In this document: piece by piece, positions 54,701 to 62,728 of the stretch
Layout of the letters: each line of letters opens with the position of its first letter
Position numbering within the stretch: the stretch's first letter is position 1
Source: a virus
Strand: one strand, 5' to 3'
Length of the DNA stretch: 64,000 nucleotides
IMG/VR virus record: IMGVR_UViG_3300050138_000571
Coordinates: 9,784-73,783 of that record
Translations under genes and position numbers: made by a program
The notes under the pieces: model-generated
Databases searched by the model: none
Told to the model about the DNA's origin: nothing
The model's input: only the letters and a program-made list of their open reading frames with translations

Positions 54701-55098
54701 AGAAGGACAGTGAGGCTGTCTCCGTAGAGAAGCGTGGCCCCTCCTATGTGCACCTCGTCTACGGACGCATTGAAGGTCGTCCCCGTACGTTGAGCCGTAA
54801 TCGTGCCGCCGGCACCTGTGGCAGCCTTGATTACGGCTACGATCGTACGATCGTGTCCCACCGCCATCAGGTCGAGGGCGGCGGACAGATACGTCCCACT
54901 GGCAAACGTTAGGCCCGGCAGGCCATTTACAGAACTGGCAGTGAATGCGGGCTGCAGGCCTGGGCTCGCCTGCAGGACGTCATTGCCATTACCTGACTGA
55001 TCCGCCCAGTTGCTGACGGTACCGCCGGACTGGGTTATCCCGACGCCGGCTTTGAGCCAGAGCTTGAGGCCGGCGACCGTAGTATTGGTGAAGCCCAT
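51715..55098 (-). CDS. Putative receptor-binding/adhesin protein: two LamG-like domains and seven Ig-like repeats
   Basis: GLKLWL.AG.GIT.SG..V..WADQSGNGN twice, each ending F.GDICEILIYD; seven ~78-aa repeats L.ISP....F...GG.G....F....N.SGG...SSTG.Y.AG....D...V.D..GN. Confidence 0.75.
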   Translation of the reverse strand: MGFTNTTVAGLKLWLKAGVGITQSGGTVSNWADQSGNGNDVLQASPGLQPAFTASSVNGLPGLTFASGTYLSAALDLMAVGHDRTIVAVIKAATGAGGTITAQRTGTTFNASVDEVHIGGATLLYGDSLTVLLTDAATPRLTGSGQVWEWKAQVGSPPVVNLNAVTQTLGSFAGSNVTSDTGGTGTAIGVRGDHATWPFNGDICEILIYDSVLSSGDLQQVRAYLQTKYAISLGITALSISPPSPIVATGASQTFTGSNGSGAGYVYSINANNSGCSINSSTGVYTAGSTGSVTDTVRVTDSVGNTADAVVAVGLPTTGLKLWLTAGAGITLSGSNVTAWADQSGNGNNVTAPGLSCVLNTSSINGLPGITFNGSTSRMIGGPDLQGASHLFIVHQAASTPHSGFSLISMKGLSGPAWAELVVDFVSPGYQPYTFVNDLTSTTSAVGLATAVTTSPTIWESSYNGGTNSTPANYTGLINGAGTVVASNLLVRVGTDQPSIGARVDSGGSLVFPFHGDICEILIYDHVLSGADRAAVEAYLTTRYLASPLAITPTATTIPPLTSVFSITAGGGNDGGNPANYVFSTFQNQSGGSLTDNGDGTAEWDAGPTDGTDIVRVTDLSSATADCTITVLTPPALSIAPTPVSLSPLATQLFTAADGTGPYVFTIHTNNSGGSVNSSTGVYTAGSTPDCSDTVRVSDTFSGTADAVVTVGPGVSISPTSVTKAPLGTQTFTASGGSGTGYVFAFNDNQSGGSINSSTGAYIAGSVALDDVVTVTDSLGNSSVAESGDATVHIPPVAISPPSITLAPRAHHNFTAAGGSGTGITFSFVTNNSGGSIDSSGHYIAGATGGVTDAIQAIDSLGNTGACIITVGPNLSISPASVTKAPRASQTFSHAGGSGTGIVFSFVTNNSGGSLNTSTGAYTAGATGSVTDTVRVTDDLGNTANATITVGPNLTISPTTLDINVSRSHTFTDAGGSGTGITFSLVQNHSGGSINSSTGVYTAGTVSSTTDIVQVADDLGNTAQATIQVFPPPATGFFIQGIKLIGLSTVRVQFSYPPQAVDPTAAADALHPANYTLSGNDVTYVIAALPVRGDAKSIDCLLAAPLSQGKWTLSGSNIMSADGSTTL

Positions 55099-55143
55099 TT
55101 ATCCGCGCCTGCGAACGGACTCAAAAAGATGGCTCACCCCCCA

Positions 55144-55150
55144 ATGATTG
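55144..55150 (-). promoter_or_regulatory. Motif B (CAATCAT)
   Basis: Intergenic, 46 nt before ATG 55098. Confidence 0.6.
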
Positions 55151-55161
55151 CGGGCCCCGAC

Positions 55162-58100
55162 TTAGACTCCGAGGAATGTCACGCCGATGTCAGTGGTCAG
55201 AGAGAGGATGAGCGGCTTTTCATTGGCGTTGACCGAGATGCTATCGCTTCCCACACCGTACGAGGGAGACACAATGGTGACCGCCAGGACCCCGACGACC
55301 TTGGCGGCGGCGGCAATGATCGCGCTCAACGCAATCGACTGTCCTACTCCCGTCTGATTCACGACCGTGGCCACGGCCGAGCGCACCCGGTCCGCGATTC
55401 CGTCCTGGGAGACGCCCGAGCGGACCCGAAGAAGGAGCGAAACCGAGATGCGCTTGATAAGCGGACCCGCGATGTCGACGTTGGCGCCTTCGGATGCCTC
55501 CCCGGGGTAGGTCGTGGGGTCCGCGGGGTCGCCGTAGATGACCTTGTTGGCTTCCGCGATGAGCCCGGTCGAATAACGGTACCCGTCCGAACCGGACGCG
55601 AACGTGAGAGGGAACGAGAGCTTGTCCAGGACCTTGATGACGGAGCCGGCGCTGCTGCCCATCGCCGAGTACTGAGAAAGCTGGTCCCAGCGGATATCGG
55701 TAAGGGTGCCGTCGACTTGGTTCGGGGCGATGCCGTCGACTTTGAGGATGAAGCTGGTCGGGCGGTTCTCGATCAGGTAAACTAGGCCGGCGGTGGTCGA
55801 GGTCAGGGCAGGGCCCGAGCCCTGGGGCACGGGAGTGCGCGTGCTGACGTCGACCGTGAATCGGTCAAGGTGCGTGAATTGGTCGCCCGAGCCCGCGCTC
55901 GTCTCGCCCACGGCCTTGACTTTCCACGTGCCCTGTTTTCCGTTGCCCCAGATCGGGGTCGAAATCACGAACAAGTCGCCCGGCATCACGCCGTTTGACG
56001 TGTAGATAGCGATCTCGCACTCGACGGTCTCGTCGATGGAGTCGGCGTTCTCAATGAACAGCCCCCCTGCGGCGCCGGTCTCCACGTTTACCGTGCGCAG
56101 GACCCGATAGATGCCCTGGTTCGTGGAAGAGACCTGGGGGAAGCCTCCGGTCGGCGAGACCGCGGGCGTAATCCGGACGTAGGCGCCGGCCTGAGCCGAC
56201 GACAGCCCGATGTTGCCGGCCAAGCCCATGTCCGAAACGAACACGAAGTCGCCCTGACGCTCGATCCGGACTTTCGCCTGGGTCGCGGCCACGATGGGAC
56301 CGACGACCGGGGCGCTGAACGTGACGAGGCCAGCTGAGTTCCAGCCGGTGATGGCGAGGCCGACTCCGAAGTTGTTGATGATCGGCAACGGGGTCGCGTT
56401 GTCGACGCGGCACCAAAAGCCCTTGCTGATGCCGACCGCGTCCGAGGTCTTGATGGTAGAAGCCCCCTTCGCGAGCAGGCTTTGCAGGGAGCCGATGATC
56501 GGCACCAGGACAGTATTGGCGAGGCCGCCCTGGACCTGGACGCCGCCGGCAGAGCCCGGGGTCAGAGATGCGATTTGGACCTTGGTGCCGTCGTCTGACG
56601 CCTGGATGCTGCACGCGGTGAAGAGGCCGGTGATGGTCGGCGTCTTCAGCCAATTCACGACGTTCTTGGTCGTGGACGGAGCGATGTGGATGACCTCGTC
56701 CTGCCAGGCCGCGTTCGCTGACAGGGTCCCGTTGATCGGCTTCTTGAACGTGAGCTGGTAGTTGCTGCCGGGCAGCACGGTGACCTGGACCCAGTTCACG
56801 CCGTCGGACAGTGAGTACCAGCCCTTGCTGTTGTCAAGGGTGTCGGTGGTCGGATTGACGATGGTGCCGCTGCCGTTGCCGAGTACGGCGGCGGTGATCG
56901 GGCACGTCGAGTTCGGGACAGCGGCCAGCGCGTTGATGGCGGCGACAACGGCCGTGCACGTCTGCGGCGTGTTGGTCATCACCTGCAGGTTCGTGGAGAC
57001 TCCGAGCGGCTGCCAGACCAGCGTCCCGCTGGGGGTGAGCCCAGATCCGTCGAGCTGATCGCCAGACAGGGTAGTGACGCTGCCGCCGCCAGCGGCGACG
57101 GCCGAGATCTGGAAAGTCAGGTTGCTGAATGCGCTGGTGCCTGCGTTGCAGCGGAAGAAGTCGGTGACCGCGGTCGAGCTGCCCGAGAACGTGGCTTCCC
57201 CGGCGGAGTCATAGGAGACGTCTCCGATGTTGGCGTCGGGCCCTGCGTTCGCGGCGGTCTCGGCGTACGAGATCGTGGTCGCGGAGCGGGAAGTGATGGT
57301 CTTCTGGCCCGAGCTGAAGTCGACGCTCGTGCTCTGGACCCAGACAACTGCACCGACCAGGAGACCATGGTCGGTCACGCCTGCGGGCAGTGTCAGCGTC
57401 AGCGTGTCGACGTTCGAAGTGCGGCTGGCGCTTCCGATCGCCAGGTTCAGGACCTGGAGAATGGTGGCGGTACCGCCGCCGTCGACGGCGGTTGCGGTCT
57501 GGCCGAGAAACGTCGTGTTGCGGACGGTCGGCGTGCGCAGGGCCCCCGAGGCCAGCCGGACGGTGACGTCGGTCTTGTCCGCCGCCATCGTCGTGGTGAC
57601 GTTGAGCGCAGTGTTCGGGGCCACGGGGTTGCCAAAGCGGACGCGGGCCGTGTCGCCTTCGGGCCCGAGCCTGTAGAAGCGGAAGAGCAATGACCGCGTC
57701 GAATCGCCGCTGAAGGCGACGGCGCGCGAGTTCATGTAGACGGAGAAATCGTTGAAGTCGTAGGTGCTCCCGAACGTGTTCTGGAGACCGGTGCTTGCGT
57801 CCGCGTCCGTGAACGTGTTCGTCTGCAGGTAGGTGTTGCCCACCGGCGCCAGCGCTCTCCACATCTTGATGGAGAAGCGCTTGGAGACGTCATTGTCGAC
57901 AATGACCGTGAGGTCGTCCGAGGGCCCGATTGCGAACGGGGCCGCGAGGTAAGCGCGATCGAGAGGCGCCCAGGGCTCGACGCTCGGATCGCGGAGGTCG
58001 ATGCGGGAGAGGTCGGTGTAGGCCTGCGTTCCCGTGATCCGGGTCCGGAAGCCCTGGTTGCTACCTGCGCGTGCGTAGAAGAACGTGGGCGAGTAAGCGC

Positions 58101-61100
58101 TGGTCCCGTCCGAGCCGCGCCACCAGTTGTGGAGACCGACGAGGGAGTAAGCTACGTCTACGAACGAGGCGCCGACGACGACGCTGCCTGCGGCCGTGTT
58201 TGCGCGCACGTTGATGTCATTGAAGGCCGGCGCCCCCAGCTCGCTCTTCGACTCTACCGAGCCCACGTGGTCGGTGAGGTTCTCGATGGCGGAGGCGGGC
58301 GTGAGCCCGAAGCCGGCGGCGGCCGGGTTCTGGGCGACTAGGGCGATGTCGCCGTACTGGGCGTGCGTGTTGGTCGTGATCCGGACCCTGTTGGTCTGGT
58401 AGATGGTGGCGGTGGCTCCGGTGAGTGCAGGCGGCAGCGAGAGGCCGGCCAGTCCCGGGTTCGAGGCGTCGGCGTTGACGACGGCAGCAAACGTGCTGGC
58501 GGTGTAGTTGGTGGCGACCGGGACATCGACCTCGCGGACGAGACCTGCGGTTCTGACGACGGCGGCGCCGTTCCCCGTCAGGGTGACGGTGCCGAGGGCC
58601 GGATCAGGCAGCGACCATGAGTCGGCGGTGTTGTCGTACTGCTCGATGGTGGCGGACGGCAGGAAGCCCCAAGCGGTCGAGAGCTGGACGGCGCCGCCGA
58701 TAGCGACGATCCGGTTCTTGATGGTGGCAGACCCGTTCGCGATGGCGACGGACTGGACCCTCCACCTTCCCGAGGTGTCGCGGGTGACGGTGTCGGAGGC
58801 GATGGTGGTGAAGGTCGTGCCGTCGTACTGGAAACCGACCGAGGACGCGAGGTCGCTGGAGGTGCCGTTCAGGCCGACGACGTGTCCGTTCGGCAAAGAA
58901 ACGAGGTCGTTCTCTTCGAAATTCATCGTGCTCGGGAGCGCGGTCTCTGCGCCCCAGAGGCCGGTGCCAATCGTGTAGATCTCGTACGTGCCCTTGCCCG
59001 TGGCTCCGAATTTTGCGCCGGCTGCGAGAACGGCGGTCGGAGAGGTCCCGACGCCCGCGAGCCCGAACGAAGACCGGGGCCGGGTCATGGACCCGGTGGC
59101 CGTGCACAGCAGCGTGCCTGCGGACCAGATCTCGGCCGTTGCCAGGTCGGCGCCGAGGTTGCTGACGCCGCCAACGATCAAGACGTTGTTGTTCGGCAGC
59201 CGAACCTGCCTGTGGCTGCGGCGCGCCGCTACCATGGAGCCGGTGGTGGCGAAGCTGTCGGAGCCAGGAACGTAGTCATAGAAAGCGATGACAGCGCCCG
59301 ACAGACCCTGGCCGCCGGTGATGAGGACGTTGTTGTTCGCGAGCAACGTGGCCTGATGCCGCATCACGCCCGCCGTCAATACCGAGGCCTTCGTGGTCCA
59401 GGTGTTGGAGGTCGGGTTGTAGACCTCCATCGAAGTCAGGAAGTTGCCGGCATCGTCCATGCCGCCGGTCACGAGGACGGTGCCGTCCGCGAGCAGGGTA
59501 GCCGTGTGGTACGCGCGCGCCGTCGACATGGGCGCGCAAGGCGTCGACAGGCTCGTGTTTGGGTCGTAGATCTCGCAGCTATCGGTGACGCCGACTGGGT
59601 TGGACGACATCGACGAAAGCGGGCTCACGCTGCCCCCGGTCGTCAACACTTTCGAGATCGAGGCCCCGGAGCCCGGAAGCGCCACTGAACGATGTCCAAC
59701 TCGCAGGGCTGCGCCGAGACGGCGCTCGACCACGATCGCGGTGCCGGTGGCGGAGACGACGCGGAACGCGCCCTGCAGAGATGCGTTCAGGGCCGGGTCC
59801 CAGAGGACCAGCCAGTCTCCGGCTTGAATGTTCACGAACGGAGTGCCGGCGCTCGCGAGCAGTCGGACGGTATGTCCCCAGTCGTGCATCGCGTAGACGC
59901 TGACGGTGATCGAGGTCGCGCTGTTGATGCCGGTCGTGACGATTTGCGCGTCCCCGTCGACCACGAACCACATCTTGGCCACGCTCGACAGCGTCGTCGG
60001 CGAGATGACATTGGACTGGGAGAAGGCTCGCGTATTGAGCGAGCCCAGCGACAGCCGATCGCCCGCCGTCAGAGCCGAAGTGAGTGTGATCTGTGATGCG
60101 TTCCGGTTGAGGACGAAATCCGGCGCCGCGCCCTGGGCGCTGACGACCGAGAACAGCTTGTTGGTGACCAACGTCGAGCCATTGAGGATGCTGACCGCCG
60201 ACTTGTTGCTGGCGCCGGAGTTGCTCGTCAGCACGATGCGGCCATTGCCATTGCTGGCGGTGACCCCGGGGACGGCCGCGTTGATGACCGAGACCCAGGC
60301 GTCGACGGTATTGCGCCCCATGCTGGTGAAGCCGGTCCCGGCGTCGATGAAGTTCTGGCCCGAAAAAGTGAAAGTGATCGATGGAGTCCCGTCGACTGAC
60401 AGGATCAAGGTCTGGGTCCCCGAGAGCGTGTCCCAATCGGAGAAGGCGAGGCCGGCGACGGAAGCAACGGTGCCGTCCTTGGTCATCAGGCGATCGTTCT
60501 TGTAGAGCTGGACCGTGTAGACGATGTTCGGAGGGAACAGGAGGGCGGCGTTCGCGTCGGTGCCGGCGCTGGCGATCACCTCGACGTCCTCATTGGTGTC
60601 CGTTTTGGCGAAGACGACGACCTGGGAGCCGCCCAGGGTCCTGGCCTGGAACGTTAGCTGCGGGTTCGCGTTGATCGAGGCGACGACCTCGTAAGCCGAC
60701 GCGTTGCCGATCGAGGCGAAGCCGCTGGAGTCGAAGACGTGGACCGAGGTCGTGCCGGCCACTTTGACCGACAGCACCGCGCCCTGAGACAGGGCGAATG
60801 GGGCGGTGTTCTGCGTCAGGCAGAAGGCCTTGGCGACCGGGCGCTGGGAGATCGAGATGTCCTGCTCGCCGCCAGCCGCGGAGTCGATGAGGATCTCGAT
60901 GGCTACCGGGGACGTCTGCTCCTCGTACCCGGTGCCGTCGTCGACGTAGAGGGTCGAGGTGTCCTTGCGGCGGATGATGTTGGAAGAAGAGACGCGCTTG
61001 TTCTCGTCGGTGGCAGTGATCCCCAAGACAGCGTTCTTGAGCGCGAGGGTGGTGCCGGTCTGGCGCGACTCGGCAACGGCGCGGATGCGCTCGCGGTAGG

Positions 61101-61914
61101 GGTCGTCCAGCTCGGTGTCGACGCCGTTGGAGAAAGGGAGGGGATTGGTGACGGTCGCTCCGGAGAAAGGCGGCTGCACGAACTGCACGATCGAGTTCGC
61201 GAGCACGTTGCCGACGGTCCCCTTGAGCTGTGCGACGACCGTGACTCCGGTGACTGAGGTCTCGCCGTCTAGTACCAGGGCCTTGTAGAGTGTGCGGAAC
61301 TGGACCGCGGACGCCACGTTCGCCTGGGGTGTCTGGCAGACAGTGCCCGGGCCAATGGTGCGGGCACCACCCTGGGCCAGAACCACGGTCTCGGTCGTGT
61401 TGTGGAACGAGGTGGTGCCGGTCGCGAGCGACAGCGTCCAGTGGGTCCCGACGTTGGTCTTGGAGGTGTAGGCGATGGGGCCTTCGTAGTTCGTTGTCCC
61501 GCGGCCGATATAGACGGAGCCTGTGGAGGGGAACGAAGTCGCATCGACAAGAGAGAGAACGGTGCTGCCCACGATCGGGGCCGAACCGCCTTGGAAGAGC
61601 GCGGTCGACTTTTTCGTGAACGAGCTATCGGAGATGGTGACGTTACCGCTGGACGCCGACTCCTGGAGCCGAGGGCACTGCTCGTCCTTGCCCCTGCGGT
61701 CGAGAGCGGTCTTGGTCGAGTTGTCCAGTGAGGTCGAGTTCAGGACCCCAAACGTGTCTTGAGAGGAACGGAGATCGCTGCGGGCCGCAGCTTCGAGCAT
61801 AGACAGGATTCCGCCGCCAACGCGGAGGTTTTTCACGCCGACCTTTGACCTGAACCCGTCTACGAGATCGGACAGGATCTGCTGGTACGACCTTGGGGTC
61901 GGGATAGTTCCCAT
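55162..61914 (-). CDS. Giant (2250 aa) baseplate J-like protein with kelch propeller
   Basis: Baseplate-J N-terminus (R.....S.G.V, V.A...G..GN, NP..F.NG.D.E.D..YRERI) and C-terminus. Kelch repeats (ARAYHTATLLADGTVLVTGG) at about 58610-59700. Confidence 0.75.
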   Translation of the reverse strand: MGTIPTPRSYQQILSDLVDGFRSKVGVKNLRVGGGILSMLEAAARSDLRSSQDTFGVLNSTSLDNSTKTALDRRGKDEQCPRLQESASSGNVTISDSSFTKKSTALFQGGSAPIVGSTVLSLVDATSFPSTGSVYIGRGTTNYEGPIAYTSKTNVGTHWTLSLATGTTSFHNTTETVVLAQGGARTIGPGTVCQTPQANVASAVQFRTLYKALVLDGETSVTGVTVVAQLKGTVGNVLANSIVQFVQPPFSGATVTNPLPFSNGVDTELDDPYRERIRAVAESRQTGTTLALKNAVLGITATDENKRVSSSNIIRRKDTSTLYVDDGTGYEEQTSPVAIEILIDSAAGGEQDISISQRPVAKAFCLTQNTAPFALSQGAVLSVKVAGTTSVHVFDSSGFASIGNASAYEVVASINANPQLTFQARTLGGSQVVVFAKTDTNEDVEVIASAGTDANAALLFPPNIVYTVQLYKNDRLMTKDGTVASVAGLAFSDWDTLSGTQTLILSVDGTPSITFTFSGQNFIDAGTGFTSMGRNTVDAWVSVINAAVPGVTASNGNGRIVLTSNSGASNKSAVSILNGSTLVTNKLFSVVSAQGAAPDFVLNRNASQITLTSALTAGDRLSLGSLNTRAFSQSNVISPTTLSSVAKMWFVVDGDAQIVTTGINSATSITVSVYAMHDWGHTVRLLASAGTPFVNIQAGDWLVLWDPALNASLQGAFRVVSATGTAIVVERRLGAALRVGHRSVALPGSGASISKVLTTGGSVSPLSSMSSNPVGVTDSCEIYDPNTSLSTPCAPMSTARAYHTATLLADGTVLVTGGMDDAGNFLTSMEVYNPTSNTWTTKASVLTAGVMRHQATLLANNNVLITGGQGLSGAVIAFYDYVPGSDSFATTGSMVAARRSHRQVRLPNNNVLIVGGVSNLGADLATAEIWSAGTLLCTATGSMTRPRSSFGLAGVGTSPTAVLAAGAKFGATGKGTYEIYTIGTGLWGAETALPSTMNFEENDLVSLPNGHVVGLNGTSSDLASSVGFQYDGTTFTTIASDTVTRDTSGRWRVQSVAIANGSATIKNRIVAIGGAVQLSTAWGFLPSATIEQYDNTADSWSLPDPALGTVTLTGNGAAVVRTAGLVREVDVPVATNYTASTFAAVVNADASNPGLAGLSLPPALTGATATIYQTNRVRITTNTHAQYGDIALVAQNPAAAGFGLTPASAIENLTDHVGSVESKSELGAPAFNDINVRANTAAGSVVVGASFVDVAYSLVGLHNWWRGSDGTSAYSPTFFYARAGSNQGFRTRITGTQAYTDLSRIDLRDPSVEPWAPLDRAYLAAPFAIGPSDDLTVIVDNDVSKRFSIKMWRALAPVGNTYLQTNTFTDADASTGLQNTFGSTYDFNDFSVYMNSRAVAFSGDSTRSLLFRFYRLGPEGDTARVRFGNPVAPNTALNVTTTMAADKTDVTVRLASGALRTPTVRNTTFLGQTATAVDGGGTATILQVLNLAIGSASRTSNVDTLTLTLPAGVTDHGLLVGAVVWVQSTSVDFSSGQKTITSRSATTISYAETAANAGPDANIGDVSYDSAGEATFSGSSTAVTDFFRCNAGTSAFSNLTFQISAVAAGGGSVTTLSGDQLDGSGLTPSGTLVWQPLGVSTNLQVMTNTPQTCTAVVAAINALAAVPNSTCPITAAVLGNGSGTIVNPTTDTLDNSKGWYSLSDGVNWVQVTVLPGSNYQLTFKKPINGTLSANAAWQDEVIHIAPSTTKNVVNWLKTPTITGLFTACSIQASDDGTKVQIASLTPGSAGGVQVQGGLANTVLVPIIGSLQSLLAKGASTIKTSDAVGISKGFWCRVDNATPLPIINNFGVGLAITGWNSAGLVTFSAPVVGPIVAATQAKVRIERQGDFVFVSDMGLAGNIGLSSAQAGAYVRITPAVSPTGGFPQVSSTNQGIYRVLRTVNVETGAAGGLFIENADSIDETVECEIAIYTSNGVMPGDLFVISTPIWGNGKQGTWKVKAVGETSAGSGDQFTHLDRFTVDVSTRTPVPQGSGPALTSTTAGLVYLIENRPTSFILKVDGIAPNQVDGTLTDIRWDQLSQYSAMGSSAGSVIKVLDKLSFPLTFASGSDGYRYSTGLIAEANKVIYGDPADPTTYPGEASEGANVDIAGPLIKRISVSLLLRVRSGVSQDGIADRVRSAVATVVNQTGVGQSIALSAIIAAAAKVVGVLAVTIVSPSYGVGSDSISVNANEKPLILSLTTDIGVTFLGV

Positions 61915-61917
61915 CGC

Positions 61918-62691
61918 TTACGATGATTGAGGTCGGTGGGTGTGAGCGTGAATTCTGTCGATATGAGAAAGGAACGCTTCGACGCCCATCTCCCATTTCA
62001 TGATGTTGCAAGGGGAGCAGCACGGGACCGCATTGACGATATCGTACCCTAATGCGTTGTCGACCCTGTCGACTCCGTTGGCTACATATGGGTGTTGGGT
62101 CTTTCGGCTGTAGACCATGTTAGGGGCGGCCCCGCAATAACGGCAAGATGCTGAGGTGAGGGACGCGAACTCCTCTATAGTTAGGTTCCACGACAAACTG
62201 CGGTCGCGGGCCCCCGCCTTATAGTGGGTGAACATAAACCTGACCCCTCCCGTGAGCCCTCCACTGGAAACATATTTTTGATGACCCAGCTCCCGCAACC
62301 TGTCCGCCGCCCCACACCCGCAGGACTGTATGCCGTTCGCAATCTTTAACTGCGCCGCACTCGTCACGAACTCGGCTCTGCAATCGCAAGTACAAGCAGC
62401 CTGGGCCAGGCGTTTACCCGATACCGATTGGCACATCCCGTCGACCACCAATTTGCCATAGCGTTTGCCCGTCAGATCTCCGGTTTTGGCGTACGCGAGG
62501 TCCCGCTTCAGGCACCCGCAAGACCTGACGGCGCCTTTCTTTAGGTTGTACCCAGGGCAGAGGGTAGACCCGCCGCACTCGCAAGCGCACTCCCACAGCG
62601 TATTGGTAAAGCGGTCCTTGCCGGCCCTACCCTTCACGGTTAGGCGGCCGAAGTGTAGTCCCGTATAATCAGTGCCTCTCGCTGGTTTCAT
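61918..62691 (-). CDS. HNH homing endonuclease with two FGRLTV-type DNA-binding repeats
   Basis: G.HFGRLTV...W.C.CECG and G.RYGKLVV...C.CDC; C-terminal C.YC...NGVDRVDN..GY...N.VPCC..CN.MK. Start reassigned to ATG 62691. Confidence 0.8.
   Translation of the reverse strand: MKPARGTDYTGLHFGRLTVKGRAGKDRFTNTLWECACECGGSTLCPGYNLKKGAVRSCGCLKRDLAYAKTGDLTGKRYGKLVVDGMCQSVSGKRLAQAACTCDCRAEFVTSAAQLKIANGIQSCGCGAADRLRELGHQKYVSSGGLTGGVRFMFTHYKAGARDRSLSWNLTIEEFASLTSASCRYCGAAPNMVYSRKTQHPYVANGVDRVDNALGYDIVNAVPCCSPCNIMKWEMGVEAFLSHIDRIHAHTHRPQSS
61923..61929 (-). promoter_or_regulatory. Motif B (CAATCAT)
   Basis: 9 nt before the baseplate-J ATG. Confidence 0.65.
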
Positions 62692-62699
62692 GTCGAAAC

Positions 62700-62706
62700 A
62701 TGATTG
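62700..62706 (-). promoter_or_regulatory. Motif B (CAATCAT)
   Basis: 9 nt before the HNH ATG 62691. Confidence 0.65.
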
Positions 62707-62728
62707 GGGCACCCGATGTACGGAGGGA

